Positions 27,489 through 40,100 of a DNA stretch of 64,000 nucleotides are shown piece by piece. Location of the stretch: the NCBI RefSeq assembly GCF_964204645.1, contig NC_134025.1:22672299-22736298 (forward strand). The letters run 5' to 3'. Positions within the stretch are counted from its first letter, which is position 1, and the number at the start of each line of letters is the position of its first letter. The notes under the pieces were generated by a model. The model saw only the letters and a list, made by a program, of their open reading frames with translations. It did not search any database and was not told the DNA's origin. Both the position numbers and the translations under genes were made by a program. This DNA is from Tubulanus polymorphus (taxonomy: Eukaryota > Animalia > Nemertea).

Positions 27489-28906
27489 ATGGAGATAACC
27501 ACATCGGAAATGCATACCGGGGGCGAAGCCCTTCGAATAATCGAGACTGGGTTTCCGAAGATCGTTGGAAAGAGTATTTTAGAAAAGAGGCGTTACGCGA
27601 AAGAAAACCTGGAACATTTACGAAAATTCTTGATGTACGAGCCACGTGGACATAAGGATATGTACGGAGCGGTATTGGTCGAGCCAGATCTAAAAGAAGC
27701 TGATGTAGGCGTGTTGTTCATGCACAACGAGGGTTATAGCACCATGTGTGGCCACGCGATCATCGCATTAGGCAGATACGTGGTAGATAAAGGAATCGTC
27801 AAACCAATTGTCGGTCAATCCGAAACGCAAGTAAATATACAATGTCCTTGTGGACTCGTCAGAGCTCATGTCGAGATGATTGACGGTGACAAAACTGGTC
27901 GGGTTCGATTCCACAGTATTCCAGCATTCACATTCGCAACTGGTAAGACTTGACTATTTCGGAAACGGTATCCATGCAACAAATATATATTTTGTATAAA
28001 TGCGTTTTCAACATTTCAGATGTAAAAATTAATGTTCCCCGTTACGGTGAAGTTGCGGTAGATATCGCGTACGGAGGCGCGTTTTATGCTTTCATCGACG
28101 CGCAAAAACTCGATTTGGACGTGAGAACGTCGAATTGCCAAGATTTGACCAACGCTGCTAGTGCGGTGACAGGTATTTACGAAATCGTAGAACTCATATG
28201 AAATTGATTTGGACGAAATAAAGAGGTTTGAATGTGAAATGTATATCTATGAAAAAAATGTATTTATTTTGATTTTATAGAAGCCGCGAAGACCCAAGTG
28301 AAACTTCTCCATCCAGATGATCAGGATTTGGCATTTTTGTACGGCACGATTTTGACTGACGGAAAAGACGAGTTTACGGACGAACCTACCGCCAACGTTT
28401 GCATTTTTGCTGATAGGGAGGTATTTGTATTATTCTATACAGTTCCGATTAATCATGAAGAAATGATGGTTTGGTACAACGATACTTGACCCTAAACTAA
28501 CGGTTCACTCATTTCTCATAAATCGCAATTAAGTCAAGAATTATTATTCCGTTCAAAGATTAAATGAGCTGAGTGACCAAGAAATATTGCATATTCTTCT
28601 TCTTCTCTAATGACTCCATCGTCTATCATCTCGATCTTCCAGGTTGACCGAAGTCCGACCGGATCGGGAGTGACTGCCCGAATTGCTCTGCAATATCAAA
28701 AGAAACTGATACCCGTAGGCAAGACGCGCAGATTTATCAACGGCCTAACTGGCTCAGAGTTTACTGGTAAAGTTGTCAATGAGACATCATGCGGGAGCTT
28801 TCCTGCTGTGGTCGTCGAAGTTGCCGGTAATGCGTTCTATAGCGGAAAGAGCGCGTTTATAAAAGAAGATAACGATGAGTTTGGAAATGGTTTTTTGATC
28901 CGTTGA
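27489..28906 (+). CDS. L3HYPDH: trans-3-hydroxy-L-proline dehydratase
   Basis: Exons 27489-27942, 28020-28172, 28281-28420 and 28643-28906. MHTGGE, EPRGH.DMYG, MHNEGYSTMCGH, DIAYGGAFY and VDRSPTGSG. The Cys/Thr active-site pair marks a dehydratase rather than a racemase. Confidence 0.95.
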
Positions 28907-29450
28907 TTGGATGCTTTTATTCTTGTGGTTGAGTTAGCTATCCTTTTGGACGAGTTCATCTTAAAATTATAGTAAATATGAGATAAATTAAATTCTATAA
29001 CTAATGGAAAAAATATGGAGAAAAGAATGGATTATAACCTAAAATCAGAGTCGAAGGAAACTGAGAATCTGAATTAGAATTGTGACGTTTCAATCATGTA
29101 ATCATATAAAAAGGAAAGTAATGTTTTATATATTCCAGAATAAAGTTCTATATATTCCAGTATAAAATTCATAGGCAAATTCTGTGTTTTTCTTTATTTA
29201 CTTTTTTCTAAGTCTAATGATATTTGATGAGAAGGTAAACAATTTCTTATCTGATAAGATATACACCGACGTGTTAGCTTATTGAGATTGAGAGTGATTT
29301 TTCAAAAGATTGAACAAGATTGCAAATTTCCTTGGAAAATCCTGGGTTCGCGCCGCGCCTGAAAGGGCAGTGACCACATCCAGTTGTGTGCTCACGAACG
29401 GCTCAAGGCTAAGGCCATGCCTGGGGCCGGCTCAATAAGTCCTTTCCTTG

Positions 29451-29975
29451 TGTTGTGGGGTTGCTTTCGGTTCTCCAACAATGTTGTGGGGGCCACGTTG
29501 CGTTCTCCCCTCGTGTTGTCGTTGTTGGTTCCGATTAATCCGATAAGTGATATCCCTCTGACTCCGGAATAATAACTCTTCTCGTGGGTCTACGTTCTTT
29601 CTTTATTTTCCCGCACAATTCTTATTCCTTCCTACAGCTCGTATTTTTAGGCTTCTCCGCCACTCTAGCATCTCTCTCCCCCTTACTGTGCTGACCCTCC
29701 CCTTTTATCTTATTTCATGTTACTCGTGACGTATACTTCTACATATGTTATACGTCACGAGTTTATTACTTGTTTACTTCCTAGCCATACCAGAGCTCAA
29801 GGCTGCCACTATAACCAGCAACCTTACGCAGATACTCACGTCACTTTCACCTATCTTCTATTCAGTGTCTTGTGTGCGACGTAAGCATCTACGTAGGTTG
29901 TTTACTAACTTCAGCCACTGCCCTGAACTCTGGCTTCCCTCCCTCTATGCAGACTACTAATTTATCACCCCAATA
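29451..29975 (-). repeat. 3' LTR
   Basis: Minus-strand termini TATTGGGG...CCCCACAACA, preceded by the PPT. Confidence 0.88.
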
Positions 29976-32904
29976 CTATCCTCCTCCCCAGACGATTGGT
30001 CCCCAATCGCCAAAAATTCACAAGACCCTTTTGTAGTTTCCCAAAAAAAAAATCTTTTCAAAAGTGAACATCATTTATAAGCAACATCTCTTACAACTTA
30101 AAGCCAGCCGCAGGGTAATGAAAATTACACAAAACCTTCAGAACATCAAGACTAATGATACACAACCACCATTCCGTACATCAATTTACAACACCTGTAA
30201 AGTAGCCATAAATCACAATTTCTGACCCTTTCCCCTATTATCCCATCCCGCATAACTTCTACCTAAACTAAGCAACACACCCCACTCATCATCAGTTTAT
30301 CTTATTCATCAACGAGACCTACCTGGACTCCATAGAATTTTACGGTAAGCCAAAAAAATTCCTAAATACTTATAAACTTAACACACGAACTTTATCTAAG
30401 GGAAAGCAATCATCTACAAATATCAAATATGAGACTCTTTTCATCAGTAATATATAACAATTATGAGGCATGTACATCTGTATATTGATCTTACATTTAA
30501 TGAGAACAAGCCCATACAATTGTAGTCATGCAAAAAAAACATATCAAACACAACTTCCCAAATAGCTTTCATAGACAATCACCCATTTCTCTATATCCAC
30601 ATTTATGTAGTCTAATAATTTAACAATATATGACCAACCACTTCAACTTTCTGACTCTTCTCGTTCTCGTTGTCTTTACCAAAAAAAAAAAAAATAATCA
30701 GTGTGTGCAGCCTAATTTGTCTTTAAAATTACCATTGCAAACATGTCAATTTCCCACTGTCCAAACTATCAGCCGTTACCTTAACCGATATCAGATGATT
30801 TGTCAAACCTGTCCCGACCCCAATCAACGACGTAAATTAATACAGATGCCAGATACATCATTTAGTTGATTATTATGTGCCCAGCACACGTTGGCAACAT
30901 ACATGCTCAACAATGAATTCACAAACAATTTCATAATAATTCTTCTATGTGTACGTAACATAAAGGTAAGCCAAAACATACCAAAAATGAATATACCGCA
31001 TGCGTACATTCGCATTATTGAGATGTCAGCTGCTAATCCCCACCCATTTCCTCAGAAAGCACATTTATCCGTAGTCTAGGCAGGGATAACATGAACTGCT
31101 ATTTGCGGCTTGGAACCGTTGAAATAGACAGGCAGGCCGCCATATATTTATGGAAGGATGTCATAAAGTGACCACAAAACTCATTAAGATGCATCACCCA
31201 AAAGTTAGGGAAAATTCCTCTGGACACTACTCATTCAGTGCCATTCAAACAGCCGATTCTCAAAAATTAACTTTAACTCCTGGGCCTATGGTCTTCCAAA
31301 CCACCCACATCTGATATTCGAATTGTTCTAATTCCTTCCCACAAATCAGGGGATATAACCCCACATGTAAAACGGCCGACGCATCATCCTGTATATAAAC
31401 CGGTCAAGACGGACTGAAAGTTCGGAAAAAAACATAGCGCTCACACATCCCTGCAATCTACGACCATTCAGTTAAGATACCCAATCTACCGAATAATACT
31501 TATCATACTTATTGTATTACGCAATGAGCAACCCTTTACTTCTAAAAAACCAATCCCCTGAATGGCCATTTCAGCATACCTAACAAATAGCTGTATCGTG
31601 ACATTTCTCATTTCCGTATCATCCCCCATGTCACGCCTTACCGGAGTAAATAAAATCTATGGATAAATAGGGAACCGGCCGACGAATCACCCATTTGGTA
31701 TTTCTTGATATTCGACCCTAATAATGTCCAACATATATATCCAATCTTTCCCAGAGGCTAGCCACTAAACATTATACTGTTTCAAAGGATCTTCAGAATT
31801 AATCCTTCGGGCTATAATCCCCCGTTTTATTCCGGACCATCCCTAGAGCATCCCTTACTCTTCATCCAGGTCCCTGGTCCACCTTAATTCATCTCATATA
31901 AACTACTCTATTCAAACCCCCTCCGGTAAGATTCACCACTGAGCGCCCAATCTAACCTTTGCACAATAAACATATTCTATACTAACTCGCGATACTCATT
32001 ATATTTCTTAAAACCACATAAACACCACAGTTATTTGTTAGGTATATACAGGCAGTGAGCGCTTTCGACTATCGTTACACTGATAACCGAGTGGCTCACC
32101 TAGACTAATAAATCATTCTTTCGCGAAATACCATCCAGCAAATTTAGCAAACTATAAAAGATTTACGTAGTGCATATTTATATCTACGTAGATACAATAA
32201 CCCAGCACACAAGCAACTTAAAAACGCTGAGTATCATTCTACAAAAGCAATCAAAACATGCGGAAATACATATCATATTATTTACAATTACTATAAGCCG
32301 CAATCGTAGTCCGTTGAACGTCTCCAAGGTCGATTTCCCGTAGCAGATCTATGAACTGTCCGATGATGAAATGCGTTTGTATAATGCCTCTAATACCCCA
32401 CTGTATTTCATTTATCGCGTTACGATCGCAGAATCGCTTCGTTTACGAACGCCATTATGTCCGTTAATTCACACGAATCTAAATTCGGAGTCGTAAATTC
32501 AATTTGCTGCCATGTAAAACGTAGTGTCCAAAACACGATCTTACGAAAACGCCACACCAAATCGGATAATTCAATTAATTTAAATATGGAAAGAAACAAC
32601 TACTTTCCGCACTGGAAGCTCTATAATTCATTTCAACTGAATCTGACGATATGAAGATTACATATTTCTCGAATAAGACAAACAATCAGCTATTAAATCC
32701 AGACGGGAATGATTTTTTATACACAGATCGAGTTATCCGCAATATTTCAACTTAACCCGCGGTAGCGGCCCGTATTTCATGTAATTATAACGGTTACGGA
32801 ATGTAACGTTCATCTTACACTTTTATTTCACCCCTGTTCACTCACCAAATATACACGATCGCTTGGCAGCGAGAGGTGCAGGATACACCACTGTTCTCCA
32901 CCAA

Positions 32905-33429
32905 TGTTGTGGAGTTGCCTTCGGTTCTCCAACAATGTTGTGGGGGCCACGTTGCGTTCTCCCCTCGTGTTGTCGTTGTTGGTTCCGATTAATCCGATAA
33001 GTGATATCCCTCTGACTCCGGAATAATAACTCTTCTCGTGGGTCTACGTTCTTTCTTTATTTTCCCGCACAATTCTTATTCCTTCCTACAGCTCGTATTT
33101 TTAGGCTTCTCCGCCACTCTAGCATCTCTCTCCCCCTTACTGTGCTGACCCTCCCCTTTTATCTTATTTCATGTTACTCGTGACGTATACTTCTACATAT
33201 GTTATACGTCACGAGTTTATTACTTGTTTACTTCCTAGCCATACCAGAGCTCAAGGCTGCCACTATAACCAGCAACCTTACGCAGATACTCACGTCACTT
33301 TCACCTATCTTCTATTCAGTGTCTTGTGTGCGACGTAAGCATCTACGTAGGTTGTTTACTAACTTCAGCCACTGCCCTGAACTCTGGCTTCCCTCCCTCT
33401 ATGCAGACTACTAATTTATCACCCCAATA
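32905..33429 (-). repeat. 5' LTR
   Basis: Near-identical to 29451-29975, followed by a tRNA-Ala PBS. Confidence 0.88.
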
Positions 33430-34128
33430 CTTGCATCAAAATATTCTGAGGCTCCGTTTCCTTAGCGGCGCGACCAACCTCGATGAAAATCGGCGCAACA
33501 AAATTTTTGGTGGAGAAGTTATAACATAACTGTTAGAGACAGCCCCGGGACACCGGGCTGAGCCGTCACGCACCGTCATCTGATGATGTAAAGCAATTCG
33601 GAAGAGGAGGCCATTGAATTTATCACTGCGAAGGTTCGCATATTATGTGTGTGAAGATATTCTCCCCCGGCGGGCTTTTACATTTTTTTGGATATATTTT
33701 TGAAATAAGAACAGCATCGGAGGCTTGGCCCTACTAAGTAAATCTAGAAGAATTATGGGTAGAATTAATGTAGTAAGCTGATTTAGAAAAAAAGATAAAA
33801 ACATGTTCCCTCCCTTATTTTACATTTTAAAACAGGAATGGTATTCACTTGAACCTGGGGGGTCAGCGGCAGTAACTTGGCATCGGACGTACCTTGCGGT
33901 ACGACTCATCGCTGGATCTAAAGCCTTAAATCGGATTTTAACTACTGTTTAAAGGCCTTAACGAGTTAACGTTAACTTACGATTGTTTTTAATTAGAACC
34001 AAGCCGGCCAGTAGCGGCGGGAAAATCTAGGATATTCAGGATTCGAACCTAGTCAAACTTTCTAGCATCCGAACGAGTTCTATGCGCACATCCACATTCA
34101 TTCACCGGCAGTGGGCTTTGTTTGCAAA

Positions 34129-37100
34129 ATGGCCGCTGATAATGGTGATCTGAGTCCTTCCATGGAAAACTTGGAAAATCCAGGTATTATTTCGTTTTCG
34201 TTGCCCATCTGTTCAGTTTATATGCAAAAATACAGTGTGAACTATACGTTCGCGTAATTTTCGGTCGCAGTTTTACTGATAGTCGTATTGAAAATCGTAA
34301 ACATCTGGTCCATCTTGGGCCAGGATAATTTCTTTTTTCGCAGTGGATATTTTACCGTATACGGCTGAGTATTTATTTCCACTATTTTACCGCATATCGT
34401 CGCTGATTAGCTGATTTACGCCGCCCATGCGCACAGATGTGCGCAACGGAAAATTCAAGGAAAGCGTGGAGAACAGAGTTAGAGAAAATAGAGCGGATAG
34501 AACAAGACACGAACCCGGGCCAGTAAATTACTAGCGCAGCGTCATACCACCGAGCTCGCTGAAAACCAACCGAATGTTTTACCTATCTATAGGCCTAGTA
34601 CCTCACCTTACCCTAATCCTATCCCTAGAGATAAAACGGGACCCTCTGGACCCTTTTCTCACCCTCTCGACACTAACCATATCGAAAACCTAAACCTAAA
34701 CCCAATATAATGATTTTATTGTTAATTTTATGAGTTGATACTATATATATAGTAATAACGTACAGTGAAATAGCGGAAGTAAATACTTTTGCCGTATACG
34801 GTTAAATATCCACTTCGTTCTTTTTTGCCCCGATTTGTAAACATCCGCTGCATATAATATTCCTAAAACGAAATGTGCCATTTTGATAAGGCCGCTCTGT
34901 TTGGTTTAGATGATGTTGCAGATTGGGCCGTCAATTACTTGGTTGTGGAAGTGGATTGAAGGATGATGATTATAATAATGAAAAATGTCTTAATTTAAAA
35001 ATATAATTATATGGCAAATATGCCAAAAAATGCATGGAATGCCCAAAATCAAATAGCAATAAATGCAATGGGCGATAGAAATGCCATTTATTTTCTTTTG
35101 TTTTTGTGTAATGTAAACACTTCGGCAAGTTGTGGATGGCTCATCTGCGCTTAATTAACCTCTTTCATCATAACCCTAAAACAAAAGAAAGCTCTTGGAT
35201 ATTTTGCCAATGCAGTATTAGTTCAGCACATGTGGCTTTCCCGACATCTGTGTACATAGCATAATTATTTAATTAGGTTTAGAGTTTGGATTAGGTTTCT
35301 AGTGCTATATGTAGTTAAAAATAGTCTTAATTGATACCTGGGTTTAAATACCATTTTTACGTTCCTTTTTTGACAGCGGACGCATTGCTTACCTCATCTG
35401 CAATGGGAGAAATTGATTACGCGAAACTGACCGTACCTATCCTACGGAAGGAATGCGACAAACAAGGACTAAATTCGTCGGGACGCAAATTGGAATTAAT
35501 CTCCAGATTAGAGGAACATCACAGGGATATAATGAACGAATCATCCAATAGTGGTAAGAAACTTGTTAACGACAACAATAATTTCTCTATGTCGTATGAA
35601 GTAATGAGTTGATGTGCAGTGTTCCCCCACAAGGGGTTTTAGAGGGGCGGCCACCGCTTTCATTTTTACATCCACCCCTTTGTCAAAATCAGTCACCCCT
35701 GATAGAATATCTGTTGTCCCTACTAGAGTGGATGTCAATATTCAATCAATGCTGATAATTGCTTTGAAACATATTGAGTATGAATCGAAAGCCCTGCCAC
35801 TTTCCCAGCCACAATGTCATAAACTTACAGATGTAGTTTTTGCATTTGGCAATTTCAAACTGTTAATTTGTATTGACAATTTTTCGAAAAATAGGCTTTC
35901 TTAAACAGAACTTATAATCAGCAATTTATTCTTTTATGATTATTTTTTAGCAACTCCAGAAATGTTGACCGCAGCTGCCGAAGTCTCCGATGAAGCTATG
36001 GATGGAGTTCAAGAACAGGTTCGTTAAAAAATTCCTCGTTCTTTCTATTAATTATGCAGTAAACGTGATACATGTTTAAAAGAAGAATTACCCAGTTTTG
36101 AAAAACATATTTTATAGTTATTTTCGACTCGCTCGCAGGGGAGTCTGGATTTTGTTGTCAACTGACCTCTATATTCTGCCACCATAATAATGTACGCTGC
36201 CATCGCGTCACAAATCGATGAATGTAACTATGTCGCATTTCTCTTGAAAGTTTCGTCACCGATACATACGATTTTCGAGTAATTAAGGCTTTTGGGGCCG
36301 TCCGTAAAGTATGTACGCATTTTTGGTAGGTCGGGTTCTAAATCGACCACTTCCCCCTCTCTATGTACATACACTGGATCCTCGTTACAACTTACTTCAC
36401 GGGATCAGAAAATATATTCGTTATAACCTATAGTTAGTTATATCTGGTAAGAAACTTATTAAATTTTCGTACTTGGGATGAAACTCTATATTTGTTATAT
36501 CTGATGAATCGTATCCGAGTTTGTTGTTACGAGGTTCTCCACTGTAATATTTAACACTGCGCGTACAGCGGAAAGGAATACTATGGCCATTTTGAGTGCG
36601 CTTACTTTATGGACGTCCCCCTTAGCAAACTTGGTAAAAATAGTGAAGTAATGATCATGATATACAGCATATACTTATGCCTCTTTCAGGAAGCACAACC
36701 TGTCGAACCAGTCGCGCCTGTCGAGAATAACGCTGTTGAAGCTGTGTCAATGACGGTACCGCCTCCCCCACCACCAGAACCCGAGGTTGGAGAACCAGCG
36801 ACTGAACAACCGGCGACTGTCGAACCTGTTATCGCGGCTAGTTTGGAAACTCAAGTCACTGAAATGCAACAAGGTGAAGAAACTCCGCAGCAACCAGAAC
36901 CGCCAAAAGAAGTTCCGATCGATCAGACTGCTTCGGGCGAAGCAGCGTTTAGTGAAGCAGCTTATAGTGCTGAGAGTGTTCCTACAGAGCAGGCAATGGC
37001 AGTGCAAGAAACGAAACCAGTGGAGGTAGATTAGATTGTGTTTTTATACTCGATCATAAAAAAGGAAAAATAACTTATTTCTCACTATCAACTCGGCCAG

Positions 37101-40100
37101 CCTAATGTACTCGCGCTGTTATTGTTGTAGGTCATATCTGCACCACCGGTAATTGAAAGAAAAGTCCCGCCTCGTTCACCGGAATTAGAAAAATACTGGA
37201 AAGCTGTCAACAACAATTCATCAGATTTTACTGGCTGGACATACTTGCTTCAATACGTGGAACAAGAGGTAAAAATGACTGATTCTGTTGATGAAACCAG
37301 TTTCTACATGGGTAGTTATAGTTTCTCATCAATGCTATCCGGTTGGCGTAATATCAAGCAAGCCTGGGCATGTTCATTGTTTGCAGTTCTGGTATAATAG
37401 ATAGATATAGCTTAAAAACTCCAGTTAATATCGTTGGTTCCCCTGAAATTACCCATACCCATTTTAGAATTTAGCATTCTTTTAATTTTACTGCTACATT
37501 TGCTGAAAAATCAATCACCTTTTCTTTCGAGACGAGAATTAAGACGAATTCTTATCTTATATTCAGAATATTATGGAACACGCTTGCGAAGCATTCGACG
37601 CGTTCTTCAATCGTTATCCGTACTGCTACGGTTACTGGAAAAAATACGCCGATCTACATCGCAAAAACAACAAAAGCATCCAGCTCGCGCAAGAGGTAAG
37701 AAAAACTTCGCCGGCGTCGACGTGTGACGAAATTACGATTATCAGCCGTTCGAACTTGAGCGTTGTTTTTCCTTTTCACGTTCGGATTTTTTCAGTTTCT
37801 TTGTGGCTTCCGTTGTTCGTGCGCACTTTTTCGCGGCGGGAAATCCCCGAAAAAGAGACGCACGCGCGAAACGAAACAAAAAAAAAGAGATAGCGAGGTC
37901 ATTTTCGAGCGGGACGAAGAAACACTGCATCAAACATTGTGCTGTTGTTCTTCGAAATCGTCGATTGCGATCTCTCTCCGAGTCGTTAACTGCTAACTTT
38001 TTTCTTTCAACCAGGATCTAGGAATCGCTACAGCCTTTTGGCGGGAGACAAAAGAGAACAACGTCATTATATCCCACCACTCCTCCATTTTAAAAAATCG
38101 ATTTCTCATTTTCTATGATATACTATACATATATATTAGAACCGTATTATATATTCGAGTCTTTTACGATTTATGTACTTGCAATTTCTGTTATGCGTGT
38201 GTGTGTGTGTAAGAAAAAAAATATTCAAAAAATATCAATAAATCAAAAACAGAAAAGCTGCCAGTGAAAGACTTCCCGATTCGAGAACCAATAGATGTGT
38301 GGGTATGTAAACTTTGAATATGCAGCGCATAATTATTAAAGGTCGACACACCAATGTACGAAACGAGCTATTTGAATCAGCGGTTAATCGGCGAACGTTA
38401 ATCGGTTATTATTTCAGACATACGAACGAGGCGTGACGAGTAACCCGCTGAGCGTCGACCTGTGGATTCACTACATCAACTTCGCGGCAACTCATTTGAA
38501 ATTCGGAACCGAAGAGGAAAAAGAGGAAACACTACGAGCGTAAGTACTCATCGTATATATCATCATTCCTGGCCGGCGCGTGCATCCTTTTCTAAACTAG
38601 CGTTTGAACCCGTCGACACCTGCCTTCACCTCTAGAAGATCAGGGGCCGGTTCCATAGTTAGGGCTTAGACTTTTAGATTAGATAGCTTTAGTTTTCTGA
38701 AAAATCGTAACATAACATATAAAAATCATTCATCATAATGAGATCGTTCTAACTTAGTTCTATAGCCAATCTAACAACTTAAGACCAGTTTTAAGATTTA
38801 AGACTACTTTTGGTCTTTAGTCTTGACTATGGAACCGGCCCCAGGGGCTAATGGCGTAGTCATGGCATGAGTGCATAAATGTTAGAGCGACTACCTTCTA
38901 TGACCAATCAAACAATTTAGGATTTACTTTTGGAATTGGCTCATGACTCTGCAGCTGGGCCCAGAACTATCATGGTGATGTTGCCTACCTTGGGCTGGTT
39001 GTATAAATTGGTTTTCAGATACGGTTAACTCAATTGACTTAGAATAACAGTTAAGGTTACTCTTGTGGCCTTAAGTTGACCAATCTATATAACTGCTCTA
39101 GCTACTCCCTTGCAAGATATATATATCATTGCTATTGTCAATCAAAATTATTGATTGATTTCATCGGTAAAACAGGTATCAGGTAGGTAGACGGGTAATC
39201 TAATCAGTTCTGCACTTAAAGTGGCAATGCTGGGCTCCAACATCCCTATATAAGCACAAAAACCGCTAGTGTTCGCTCGACACACTATTTACTTCAGATA
39301 TCACAAAATATCTCACTCTGTGGGGTCATTAATTTGTCCATGGATTAATTTAAGTTCAACCAGAAATTCAAACCACACATTGCAGAAATTTGTTTAACCC
39401 AGAATTGTAGTAAAAATTTTAAAAGAAATTTAGGGAATACCTTATTTGAAAATTAAATTAGGGAGCAATTTCTTGTGATATCATGAGTAAATAGTAATTT
39501 TGAACATCGCTGTCTTACTAACTCATGCAATCGGAGAAGACTTTCTACAATCCATCAGTTGCAGGTTTTGCGGTTGCCAGGAATGCGAACCAAGTGGGGA
39601 AAATAAGCTTCAAGCTTTTGCTTTAGTTATAAATGGCAGTTAGAGCTGTGTGTTGCTTGGTGACGGTTAAAATTTGCTTCTTAGCCTTTAAGAGGATAAT
39701 TGAGAAATCTTTGTTTTTGAAATGAATCGAAATATCAAAGCCTTTTTATTGGTGTAAACAGAGGAGGAAAATTGGCTTCACGCTTTCGCTTTAGCCGCTA
39801 TTAATGGGAGTACAGGGCTGTTTCGACTGGTGATTGAAGAGATTAACATAATTGAAATGTTTATATGACAATCTCAAATTTATTGAGATGATAGTGGAGG
39901 GTACCAGCTGTACTTGAGTGTTACAGTTGATCTTTTCGGTTCTTGCCGTTTTGTCCTCGTTCGTTTCGAAAACAGATATTTAATGTTTGTGACACAACTA
40001 TTGAACAGGTTGTACAGTCGAGCTGTGAGGTCGTGTGGTATGGAATTTCGTTCCGACAAATTGTGGGATCAGTACATCAACTGGGAAAAGGATTTGAAGA

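Larger units (their letters stand above)
29451..33429 (-). mobile_element. Non-autonomous LTR retroelement (LARD/TRIM-like), recent insertion
   Basis: 525-bp direct repeats at 29451-29975 and 32905-33429 (only 2 differences noticed). 4-bp TSD CTTG. Minus-strand PBS TGGTGGAGAA next to the 5' LTR and PPT TGGGGAGGAGGAT next to the 3' LTR. No long internal ORF. Confidence 0.88.

Noticed and set aside
27489-28906. Proline racemase or bacterial horizontal transfer
   Set aside because: It has spliceosomal introns, a Thr in DRSPTG and JKAMP linkage, so it is ordinary animal L3HYPDH.
32859-32903. Functional tRNA-Ala gene
   Set aside because: Only a degenerate 3' half with encoded CCA, abutting an LTR; treated as a PBS imprint.
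29745-33414. Duplicated 71-aa ORF as a gene pair
   Set aside because: It lies inside the two LTRs, antisense to the element, with no recognisable domain.
33450-33680. RNase MRP, SRP or Sm snRNA resemblance (AGCCCCGG, GGAAACGGAGC, AATTTTTGG)
   Set aside because: Only isolated short matches; the required conserved regions and helices are missing.
34600-34705. Telomerase RNA template or interstitial telomere
   Set aside because: Degenerate CCCTAA-like units lie inside a TIR element; no pseudoknot or CR4/5 was recognised.
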